A DNA stretch of 64,000 bases from an uncultured Rhodospirillaceae bacterium (GTDB lineage Bacteria > Pseudomonadota > Alphaproteobacteria > UBA2966): NCBI GenBank assembly GCA_964528595.1, contig CAZGTM010000011.1, positions 3,061-67,060 on the forward strand. The letters are read 5' to 3'. Each line of letters begins with the position of its first letter. The stretch's first letter is position 1. The position numbers were made by a program, and so were the translations under genes. The notes below the pieces were generated by a model. It worked only from the letters and a program-made list of their open reading frames with translations, made no database searches and was not told where the DNA came from. This document shows, piece by piece, positions 8,454 to 16,199 of this stretch.

Positions 8454-8996
8454 ATGGCAATAACCCCCCCTGATGTAAAGCTGTGGTGGAAAGAGCCCAT
8501 CCACAGCATGGAAATCTGGTGGGCGCTGATCGCGCTCATCTGGTCATTGATCATGTTCGTGATGATGCCTTACTGGCATGTCTACGGAGAGCAGAACATC
8601 TCCAACGAAGCCTACCGCATTACGCCCGAGGCGTTCGGCGCCAAGGTCGAAGAGATGACCGAGAAGTACACGGTGCGCGAAGAAGGCGACACCGGCATCC
8701 CGGTCGTCCGCCCGCCGGCCGGCTCGGACGTCTATCTGCTGAGCCGCCTGTGGGAGTGGTGGCCGATCCTCGAACTGGAAAAGGGCAAGAGCTATCGTTT
8801 GCACCTGAGTTCGATGGACTGGCAGCACGGCTTCTCGCTGCAGCCCACCAACCTCAACCTGCAGGTCCATCCGGGCTATGACTTCGTCGTCACCGTCAAG
8901 CCGAACGAAGCCGGCACGTTTTCCATCGTCTGCAACGAGTACTGCGGAGAAGGGCATCACACGATGCTTGGCCGCATGTACGTCACAGACAAGTAA
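8454..8996 (+). CDS. Heme-copper oxidase superfamily subunit II (CuA cupredoxin, one TM)
   Basis: WQHGF...CNEYCGEGHHTM gives a complete CuA ligand set; single N-terminal TM as in B-family subunit II. Confidence 0.92.
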   Translation: MAITPPDVKLWWKEPIHSMEIWWALIALIWSLIMFVMMPYWHVYGEQNISNEAYRITPEAFGAKVEEMTEKYTVREEGDTGIPVVRPPAGSDVYLLSRLWEWWPILELEKGKSYRLHLSSMDWQHGFSLQPTNLNLQVHPGYDFVVTVKPNEAGTFSIVCNEYCGEGHHTMLGRMYVTDK

Positions 8997-9008
8997 GGGG
9001 AGGTCGCA

Positions 9009-10709
9009 ATGTCGATACTTTCGAAATTCCGTATCTGCCCTGAGTCAGGTCTCTACTTTGACGATGCGGCGGAGAAGCTGATCAAATGGAATGCCGTTAC
9101 GGCGGTCGTGTTCCTGCTGGTCGGCGGTCTGTTCGGATTGCTGATGGCGCTGACGCGCTGGCCAGAGGTCCACATTCTGCCGGCAGACCTGTTCTATATG
9201 CTGCTGACCGCGCACGGCCTCGACGCCCTTGTCGTCTGGATCGTGTTCTTCGAGATGGCGGTGCTCTACTTCGCTTCGTCGACGCTGCTGAAGGTCCGCC
9301 TGGCGGCGCCCAATTGGGCCTGGCTGGGCTACATCCTGATGCTGGTCGGCGCCGTTCTCACCAACGTCATGGTGCTGATGGGCGAATCGAGCGTCATGTT
9401 CACGGCCTACCCGCCGATGAAAGCCGATCCGCTGTTCTATCTCGGCATCATCCTGTTTGCCGTCGGCGCGCTGATCGGAACCTTCGTTTTCTTCGGCACC
9501 CTGGTGCTGGCGAAGGATCAGAAGACCTATGAAGGATCCGTCCCGCTGGTGACCTTCGGCGCCCTGACGGCGGCCATTATCGCCGTCTTCACGATCGCGT
9601 CGGGCGCCATCATCTTCGTGCCCACGCTGTTGTGGTCGCTGGGTTACATCGCCCACATCGATCCCTTGATGTACAAGACGGTGTTCTGGGCCTTCGGTCA
9701 CTCGGCGCAGCAGATCAACGTCTCGGCGCACGTGGCGGTTTGGTATGCCATCGCGGCCATCGTCTTCGGCGCCAAGCCGTTGAGCGAAAAAGTCAGCCGC
9801 ATGGCCTTCCTCTTCTACATCATGTTCCTGCAGCTCGCCTCGGCTCACCACTTGCTGGTGGAACCGGGCCTGTCGCCGGAGTGGAAGATCTTCAACACCT
9901 CCTACGCCATGTACCTCGCCGTGCTGGGCAGCATGATCCACGGTCTGACCGTGCCCGGCAGCATCGAGGCGGCGCAACGCAAGAAGGGTTTCACCAACGG
10001 CCTGTTCGAATGGCTGCGGCGTGCACCCTGGAGCAATCCGGTGTTCTCCGGCATGTTCCTGTCATTGGTCTTCTTCGGTTTCCTGGGCGGCATTACCGGC
10101 GTCATCATGGGCACCGAGCAGATCAACATCATCATGCACAACACCCTCTACGTACCGGGTCACTTCCATGCCACGGTCGTCGCGGGTACCACGTTGGCCT
10201 TCATGGCGATCAGTTACTTCCTGGTGCCGTTGTTGTTCCGGCGTGAGTTGTGGTGGCCGGGACTGGCCCGTTGGCAGCCGTACCTCTTCGGCTTCGGCGT
10301 GGCCGGCAACTCGCTCTTCATGATGGGCGCCGGTACGCTCGGCGTGTCTCGCCGGCACTGGGATATCGGTTTCGCCGATGCCTCGCTCGGTTTCGACTAT
10401 CCGGCTTCCGCCTACATGTTCCTGGCGCTTAACGGCCTCAGCGGCATTCTGGCGGCGGTTGGTGGTGCGGCGTTCTGCATCATCATGGTCGGCACCATCC
10501 TGTGGGGCAAACGCAAGGCCGATGCACCCGCACCGGCGGCCGAGCCCGCACCCGCACCCGCGGCGGAACCCGCCCTGCACACCGCAGGCGGCGCCCACTC
10601 GGTGACGGTGCCCGGTACGTTCGTCCTGGCCTTGGTCTTCCTCGGCACTTTCGTTCTCTACTACTTCGTGAACTGGAAGTACCTCGCCGAAGTCTGGCCG
10701 ATCTCGTAA
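9009..10709 (+). CDS. Heme-copper oxidase superfamily subunit I, eNOR-type nitric oxide reductase
   Basis: Six metal-ligand His present (H69; H231; H280,H281; H385,H387); helix VI reads GHSAQQIN, with Gln where O2 reductases have the cross-linked Tyr (HPxVY) and cNOR/qNOR have Glu (HLWVE); lies in a nir island. Confidence 0.85.
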   Translation: MSILSKFRICPESGLYFDDAAEKLIKWNAVTAVVFLLVGGLFGLLMALTRWPEVHILPADLFYMLLTAHGLDALVVWIVFFEMAVLYFASSTLLKVRLAAPNWAWLGYILMLVGAVLTNVMVLMGESSVMFTAYPPMKADPLFYLGIILFAVGALIGTFVFFGTLVLAKDQKTYEGSVPLVTFGALTAAIIAVFTIASGAIIFVPTLLWSLGYIAHIDPLMYKTVFWAFGHSAQQINVSAHVAVWYAIAAIVFGAKPLSEKVSRMAFLFYIMFLQLASAHHLLVEPGLSPEWKIFNTSYAMYLAVLGSMIHGLTVPGSIEAAQRKKGFTNGLFEWLRRAPWSNPVFSGMFLSLVFFGFLGGITGVIMGTEQINIIMHNTLYVPGHFHATVVAGTTLAFMAISYFLVPLLFRRELWWPGLARWQPYLFGFGVAGNSLFMMGAGTLGVSRRHWDIGFADASLGFDYPASAYMFLALNGLSGILAAVGGAAFCIIMVGTILWGKRKADAPAPAAEPAPAPAAEPALHTAGGAHSVTVPGTFVLALVFLGTFVLYYFVNWKYLAEVWPIS

Positions 10710-10719
10710 GGTCCGGATT

Positions 10720-11583
10720 ATGGGTGCCGCCGTCGGTCAACTGCTCTCGGTATTCAAACTGCGCATCGGCGTGGTGATAATGCTCAGCGCGTTGGCCGGA
10801 CTGGCGGTCACCCCCGGACCGCTACCGACTACCTTCCAAATGTTTGTGCTGGCCGCCGCCGTCTTGGTGTCGGCGGCCAGTGCGGGCGCTTTCAATCAAT
10901 ATGTCGAGCGCGACATCGACGGTCTGATGAAGCGCACGGCGGCCCGCCCGTTCGTTACGGGCGAGTACCTCGCCAGCCCCTATTGGCCGGTCGTCATCTG
11001 GGGTCTGATGGCCCTGGCTGTCGGGGCCGCGGCATTGGCCGTCAACGTCTGGGCGGCCCTCTACACATTTCTCGGCGCCTTCACCTATGCCATCGTCTAC
11101 ACGGTTTGGCTGAAGCGCCGCACTTGGCTCAACATCGTATTCGGTGGCCTCGCCGGCAGTTTTGCTGTTCTTGCCGGTGCTGCAGCCGTAGACCCCGGCT
11201 TTGCCGCATTGCCGTTCCTCATGGCGTTTGTCTTGTTCCTGTGGACCCCCCCCCACTTTTGGAGCTTGGCGCTGGCGCTCAAGGACGATTATGCGGCGGC
11301 CGGGGTCCCCATGTTGCCCGTGGTCATCGGCTCCCGCGCCGCCGCCCGCGTCATCCTGGCGAGCACCATTGCGCTGGTCGCCGTCTCGCTCCTGCCCGCC
11401 TTCGCCGGGCTGGGCTGGATCTACTTCAGCGCCGCCGCCGCCGGCGGTCTGGTTTTTATCTATTTCAGCGTCCGCCTGGTTTCGCAACCGACTCGGCGCC
11501 GCGCCATGCTCAATTTTTTTGCCTCTTTGATTCAACTATCCCTGCTGCTGGCAGGGGCCATGCTTGATCGCTGGCTTTTATAG
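10720..11583 (+). CDS. ctaB: Protoheme IX farnesyltransferase (heme o synthase)
   Basis: NQYVERDIDGLMKRTAARP, YTVWLKRRT, FLWTPPHFWSLA, DDYAAAGVPMLP. Confidence 0.93.
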   Translation: MGAAVGQLLSVFKLRIGVVIMLSALAGLAVTPGPLPTTFQMFVLAAAVLVSAASAGAFNQYVERDIDGLMKRTAARPFVTGEYLASPYWPVVIWGLMALAVGAAALAVNVWAALYTFLGAFTYAIVYTVWLKRRTWLNIVFGGLAGSFAVLAGAAAVDPGFAALPFLMAFVLFLWTPPHFWSLALALKDDYAAAGVPMLPVVIGSRAAARVILASTIALVAVSLLPAFAGLGWIYFSAAAAGGLVFIYFSVRLVSQPTRRRAMLNFFASLIQLSLLLAGAMLDRWLL

Positions 11584-11596
11584 GATCGCGACGGTG

Positions 11597-12466
11597 ATGA
11601 TCGAGCTTAAGCGCCAAATCCTGACGATCGGCGCCACGGTCGGCTTGTTGTCCGCCTTGTGCACGGGTGCGGCGACCGCCGCCGAGACCGCGGCGGCCCC
11701 GGCGCCACAGACGGCTGCGGAACGAACTTCGTTCGACGATAAATCGGCGCTGGCGCAAAGTCAGGCGGCGATCGGCCGTAAACTGCGCGATCACCGCCTC
11801 GTCAGGGCCGACGGCAAGGCGTTTCGCATCGCCGATTTTGCCGGCAAGCCTTTGATCATCAGCCTGGTCTATTCCAGTTGCTACCATATCTGTCCGCAAA
11901 TAACCCAGTCGCTGGCGCGGGCCGTCGATGTGGCCAATGACGCTCTGGGCGAGGGTACCTTCCAAGTGGCGACCATCGGCTTCGACACCGAATACGACAA
12001 GCCGTCCGCCATGCGCGCCTTCGCCAAGCAACAGGGCATCTCGTCCGACAACTGGCATTTCCTCTCGGCCGACGCCCCCACGGTCTGGCGCCTCAGCGAC
12101 GATATCGGCTTCAGTTTCACGCCGTCCTCCAAAGGCTTCGACCACCTCACGCAGACGACCATCATCGACCAGCAAGGCCGCGTCTACGCGCAGGTCTACG
12201 GCGAGGACTTCGCCACGCCCCAGCTGGTCGATCCGCTGAAGCACATGGTCTTCAAGGGCGGCCCCTGGACCGGAGTCCAGTCGCTTTTCGACCGCGTCCG
12301 CCTGGTTTGCACCATTTACGATCCGTCGCGGGACGCCTATTACTTCGACTATTCGCTTTTTATCGGCATGGCGATCGGCTTCGTCTGCGTCGCGTTCGTT
12401 GCCGGTTTTATCGTCCGGGAGTATGTCCGGAGCCGCCGGTCCCCGACGGCGCAAGGTTCCAGCTAA
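11597..12466 (+). CDS. SCO1/SenC copper chaperone with C-terminal membrane anchor
   Basis: Signal peptide, CYHICP (CxxxC), FDH His ligand, C-terminal CTIYDP segment followed by a TM. Confidence 0.88.
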   Translation: MIELKRQILTIGATVGLLSALCTGAATAAETAAAPAPQTAAERTSFDDKSALAQSQAAIGRKLRDHRLVRADGKAFRIADFAGKPLIISLVYSSCYHICPQITQSLARAVDVANDALGEGTFQVATIGFDTEYDKPSAMRAFAKQQGISSDNWHFLSADAPTVWRLSDDIGFSFTPSSKGFDHLTQTTIIDQQGRVYAQVYGEDFATPQLVDPLKHMVFKGGPWTGVQSLFDRVRLVCTIYDPSRDAYYFDYSLFIGMAIGFVCVAFVAGFIVREYVRSRRSPTAQGSS

Positions 12467-12478
12467 GGATTTCACGAC

Positions 12479-14029
12479 GTGTTGAAGATGGTGCAGCGCC
12501 CGCTGTTGCGGGGCTTCGAACTTGCCGAAATCGGCTTTGACAAGCTTTTCGGGCGGGAGTGGAACCCGCTGTTTTATCTGGGCGCCTTGGCCTGGTTCAA
12601 CTTCTGGATCGTCGCGGCCAGCGGCATCTACCTCTACGTCGTTTTCGAGACAAGCATTCAGGGCGTTTACGATTCCATCGAGTACCTCACGCATGAGCAG
12701 TGGTACCTCGGCGGCGTCATGCGCAGCCTGCACCGCTATGCCTCCGACGCCCTGATCCTGGTGACCATGATCCATCTGCTGCGCGAGTTCGCCCTCGACC
12801 GCTACCGCGGCGTGCGCTGGTTCACCTGGACGCTGGGCGTGCCGATGCTCTGGCTCATCATAATGTCGGGCATCAACGGGTATTGGCTGGTGTGGGACGA
12901 AATGGCCCAGATGATCGCCGTCGCCACCGCCGAGTTGATCGACTGGTTTCCCATTTTCGGCGAACCCATCGCCCAGAACTTCCTGACCAAGGGCAGCATG
13001 GGCGACCGCTTCTTCAGCCTGCTGATTTTCCTCCACATTGCCATGCCGCTGATCCTGTTGTTCCTGATGTGGCTCCATCTGCAGCGCATGACCAACGCCC
13101 GCATCAATCCGCCGATGGGACTGGGCGTCGGCACGTTCCTCATGTTGCTCGGTCTCAGCCTGGTCTTTCCCGCCGTCAGCCACCAGCAGGCCGACCTCAG
13201 CCAGGTGCCGGCCGTCATCAACCTCGATTGGTACTATCTCTTCATCTATCCGCTGATCGATCTCTGGTCGGCCGGTCCGGTTTGGGGCCTGATCTACGGC
13301 CTCACCTTCCTGCTGATGCTGATGCCCTGGATGCCGCGCGAAAAACCGGGCGCGCCGGCCGTCGTTTCGGACGAGCAGTGCAACGGCTGCGAACGCTGTT
13401 ATGACGATTGCCCCTACAGTGCCATCCAGATGATGCCGCGCGAGGATGACAGCCCCTACGACAAGATCGCCGTGGTCAATGCCAGCTTGTGTGCGGCTTG
13501 TGGCATCTGCGTCGGTTCCTGCCCCACGCATACGCCGCTTCGGCGCGACGACCGCATCGCTATCGGCATCGACCTGCCCGACATCACGTTGCATCAGATG
13601 CGCGGCCAGGCGGTGGCGGCCGTCGCGGGTCTGCCCGACGGCCAGGCCAAGATCCTGCTGATCGGCTGTACCCGCGCCGTCAATGTCGAGCAACTCCGCC
13701 TCGACGGCATCGCCACGCTCGATCTGCCGTGCACCGGCGCCGTACCGCCGGCGCTGCTGGACTTCATGATGCGGCGCGGCGGCGTCGACGGCATCTTCCT
13801 CACCGGCTGCGGCGACGGTGAATGCTTCCACCGCATGGGCGGGCGCTGGGTCGAACAGCGTCTCGACGGCACGCGGGAAACCTATCTGCGCACGCGCTTC
13901 TCGCGCGACCGCATCCGGCTCTCGTGGGCGGCACCGGCCGATGCCGACCGCTTGCTGCAGGAGGTCATCGATTTCCGCGAACGGCTTGAACCGATCCCGG
14001 ACAAGGACCGCGACGAGGTGGCGTCATGA
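12479..14029 (+). CDS. Cytochrome b (bc-type) fused to 2x[4Fe-4S] ferredoxin and MvhD/FlpD-like [2Fe-2S] domains
   Basis: RSLH-x13-H and FLH-x13-H heme ligands, GYWLVWD, LDWY at the PEWY position; CNGCERCYDDCP and CAACGICVGSCP; LLIGC...LPCTG...GVDGIFLTGCGDGECFH. Confidence 0.88.
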   Translation: MLKMVQRPLLRGFELAEIGFDKLFGREWNPLFYLGALAWFNFWIVAASGIYLYVVFETSIQGVYDSIEYLTHEQWYLGGVMRSLHRYASDALILVTMIHLLREFALDRYRGVRWFTWTLGVPMLWLIIMSGINGYWLVWDEMAQMIAVATAELIDWFPIFGEPIAQNFLTKGSMGDRFFSLLIFLHIAMPLILLFLMWLHLQRMTNARINPPMGLGVGTFLMLLGLSLVFPAVSHQQADLSQVPAVINLDWYYLFIYPLIDLWSAGPVWGLIYGLTFLLMLMPWMPREKPGAPAVVSDEQCNGCERCYDDCPYSAIQMMPREDDSPYDKIAVVNASLCAACGICVGSCPTHTPLRRDDRIAIGIDLPDITLHQMRGQAVAAVAGLPDGQAKILLIGCTRAVNVEQLRLDGIATLDLPCTGAVPPALLDFMMRRGGVDGIFLTGCGDGECFHRMGGRWVEQRLDGTRETYLRTRFSRDRIRLSWAAPADADRLLQEVIDFRERLEPIPDKDRDEVAS

Positions 14030-14532
14030 GCAACATCCTCGACATGATCCGGCGTTACGCCGGCCAGGTAATCGCCTACATCGGCTTCGCCGTCCTGTTG
14101 GGATATTTCTCGGCGGCGCCCGACTGGTCGTACTTTCCCGACGACAAGGCCCTGATCAAGCTCAGCCTGACGCATGGCGGCCAACGCAAGGAAGCCTGCC
14201 GCGAACACACCAAGGAAGAACGCGCCAAGCTGCCGCCCACCGCCAAGCCGCCCAAGATCTGTCCCCGTGAACGCCATCCGGTGCGGGTGTCGATCTGGCT
14301 GGACGACAAGCAAATTTACGATGCGCTCGAAACCCCCATGGGGATCACCCGGGACGGCCCGTCCCAGTTCTACAAGCGCTTCCAGGTGGCGCCGGGCAAA
14401 CGTCTGTTGAAGGTCGAAATCGAGGACAGCGGCGGCAACCTTCCGCCGGTCGCCCAGTCGCGGGAAATCGAGCTGACCGCGCGCGGCGTGCTGGTCATCG
14501 AGGCCGACCACGGCAAACTTAAAATTCGATGA
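14026..14532 (+). CDS. Membrane-anchored protein of unknown function (two Cys)
   Basis: ATGA overlap with the cytochrome b fusion; one N-terminal TM, soluble beta-rich remainder; no CxxCH or Rieske motif. Confidence 0.8.
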   Translation: MSNILDMIRRYAGQVIAYIGFAVLLGYFSAAPDWSYFPDDKALIKLSLTHGGQRKEACREHTKEERAKLPPTAKPPKICPRERHPVRVSIWLDDKQIYDALETPMGITRDGPSQFYKRFQVAPGKRLLKVEIEDSGGNLPPVAQSREIELTARGVLVIEADHGKLKIR

Positions 14533-14555
14533 AGGCGTGGCGAATGGTCGCAGAC

Positions 14556-14569
14556 TTGACCAAAGTCAT
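14556..14569. promoter_or_regulatory. FNR/DNR-like box TTGAC-caaa-GTCAT
   Basis: Near-palindrome upstream of the first Crp/Fnr gene. Confidence 0.6.
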
Positions 14570-14668
14570 GCCGAGGCGACGTTCCTGTGTTAGCCTTTTA
14601 CGGCAACAACGGACACTTGGGGTTTGCGCGGCATGAGCGCCAGCACACAGATCGGGGGATCGGCCGGG

Positions 14669-15364
14669 ATGGAACCCGAGGTAATTTCGCGGGTTGCGAA
14701 AATACCTCTGTTCGCCGGTCTCACCAAGGCGGCGATCGCGGCCCTGTTGGGCAACGCCGTGGTTTCCATCGCACCCGCGGGGACGGTTCTGTTCGCCCAG
14801 GGCGACGTGGCCGACCGCTTCTACGTCCAGCTTGACGGTCAGATCGAACTTTATGTCGTCGCCCCAGACGGGCGCGAAAGCGTGATCGATATCCTGGGCG
14901 CCGGCGAAACCTTCGCCGAGGAGGCCATCTTCGACACCGGCGTGTTTCCGGTCGGCGCCAAGGTGGTGAGCGACGCCCGCATCGTCGCCGTCGAGGCCGA
15001 ACCCTTCCTGGCCCAGCTGACCAGCGAGTTCGATTTGGTGCTGGCGATGATGGGCGGCATGTCACGCCACCTCAGGGTTTTGCTCTATCAGATCAGCGAA
15101 CTCAAATTGAAGTCGACGGCCCAGCGCCTCGGCGGCTTCCTGCTGAGTTTGACCGAGGCCGACGACGGCGAAATCGTCGTCGAGCTGCCCTATGACAAAC
15201 GCCTGCTGGCCAACCGGCTCGGCATGAAGCCCGAAAGCCTCTCCCGCGCCCTGGCCAAGCTCAGGGAAATCGGCGTGCAGGACGTCGAAGGCGTCCTGAC
15301 CATTGCCGATGTCGGCAGCTTGCGCGATTTCTGCCTTGAGGGCGGCCCCGGAGACGCCGCTTGA
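14669..15364 (+). CDS. Crp/Fnr family regulator, DNR/NnrR type
   Basis: LFAQGD, GETFAE, HTH GMKPESLSRAL (E--SR recognition helix); no N-terminal Cys cluster; alternative start 14633. Confidence 0.9.
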   Translation: MEPEVISRVAKIPLFAGLTKAAIAALLGNAVVSIAPAGTVLFAQGDVADRFYVQLDGQIELYVVAPDGRESVIDILGAGETFAEEAIFDTGVFPVGAKVVSDARIVAVEAEPFLAQLTSEFDLVLAMMGGMSRHLRVLLYQISELKLKSTAQRLGGFLLSLTEADDGEIVVELPYDKRLLANRLGMKPESLSRALAKLREIGVQDVEGVLTIADVGSLRDFCLEGGPGDAA

Positions 15365-15435
15365 GCAGCGCTCCCGCGCGGTCGGGTGATTTCGTCTTTG
15401 AGTGATTCACCTTGACCGCCGCCCCCGGCATCCGC

Positions 15436-15449
15436 TTGACTTCAGTTAA
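15436..15449. promoter_or_regulatory. FNR/DNR-like box TTGAC-ttca-GTTAA
   Basis: Near-palindrome ending 24 nt before the start of the second regulator. Confidence 0.55.
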
Positions 15450-15472
15450 CTTAGATTTGTCGGAGGCATCGG

Positions 15473-16189
15473 GTGCCGTCCCATCTGCTCGGACCTGAGG
15501 AAATTGCGCGCATCGCGCACATTGGGCCGTTCGCCGACCTGCCGCTGGATGACGTGGCGGGACTGGTGGGCGGCGCGCACGTGCGCGATCACGCCAAGCA
15601 TTCCCTGCTGTTCAGCCAGGGCGACGTCGCCGACCGCTTCTATGTCTGCCTTGATGGCCGGGTGAAGCTGTTCACCGCGACGGAGGAAGGCGACGAGAAC
15701 GTCGTCGGCGTGTTCAGCTCGGGCCAATCCTTCGGCGAGGCCGCCATGTTCGCCTCCGGCCGCTTCCCGGTAAACGCCGAGGTCGTGGAAGACGCCCGTC
15801 TCGTGCAGATCATGGCCGAACCGATGATCCAGCACCTTTCGGACAACAAGGACCTGGCCTTTCGCATGCTCGGCCTGATGGCGCGCCGGCATCGCAGGTT
15901 TCAGAAGGACATCGCCGATTTCAAGTCAAAATCGCCGGGCCAGCGCCTCGGCGGTTTTCTGCTGGCGCTGACCGATGTCGAAAGCGGACCGGCCAATGCC
16001 CAGCTGCCGTTCGACAAGGCCCTGATCGCCGCCCGCATCGGCATCAAACCGGAAAGCCTGTCCCGGGCACTGGCGCGCCTGCGCGAAATCGGCGTCGATT
16101 GCCATGGCCGGGAAGTCGACATCGAGAATGTCGAAACGCTGAGGGCATTTTGCGAAGAAGGCGACATGCAGGCCCGCCACAAGCTATAG
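15473..16189 (+). CDS. Crp/Fnr family regulator, DNR/NnrR type (second paralogue)
   Basis: LFSQGD, GQSFGEAAMF, GIKPESLSRAL; GGAGG RBS with GTG start. Confidence 0.9.
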   Translation: MPSHLLGPEEIARIAHIGPFADLPLDDVAGLVGGAHVRDHAKHSLLFSQGDVADRFYVCLDGRVKLFTATEEGDENVVGVFSSGQSFGEAAMFASGRFPVNAEVVEDARLVQIMAEPMIQHLSDNKDLAFRMLGLMARRHRRFQKDIADFKSKSPGQRLGGFLLALTDVESGPANAQLPFDKALIAARIGIKPESLSRALARLREIGVDCHGREVDIENVETLRAFCEEGDMQARHKL

Positions 16190-16199
16190 AGATTGGGCG

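Noticed and set aside
10524-10571. Tandem repeat GCACCCGCACC...
   Set aside because: An in-frame Ala/Pro linker duplication, not a CRISPR or mobile repeat
9009-10709. Annotation as aa3/ba3/cbb3 cytochrome c oxidase or as canonical norB
   Set aside because: Helix VI lacks both the HPxVY Tyr and the HLWVE Glu; subunit II is CuA rather than cytochrome c
11510-13831. 773-aa minus-strand ORF and other long antisense ORFs (e.g. 21099-22682, 23636-25087, 28317-29870, 56157-57404)
   Set aside because: Shadow frames produced by high-GC codon bias opposite well-supported genes; no recognisable motifs
12479-14029. Annotation as petB of bc1 or as a hydrogenase subunit
   Set aside because: No petA/petC or NiFe hydrogenase genes adjacent; Qo motif altered; FeS domains fused
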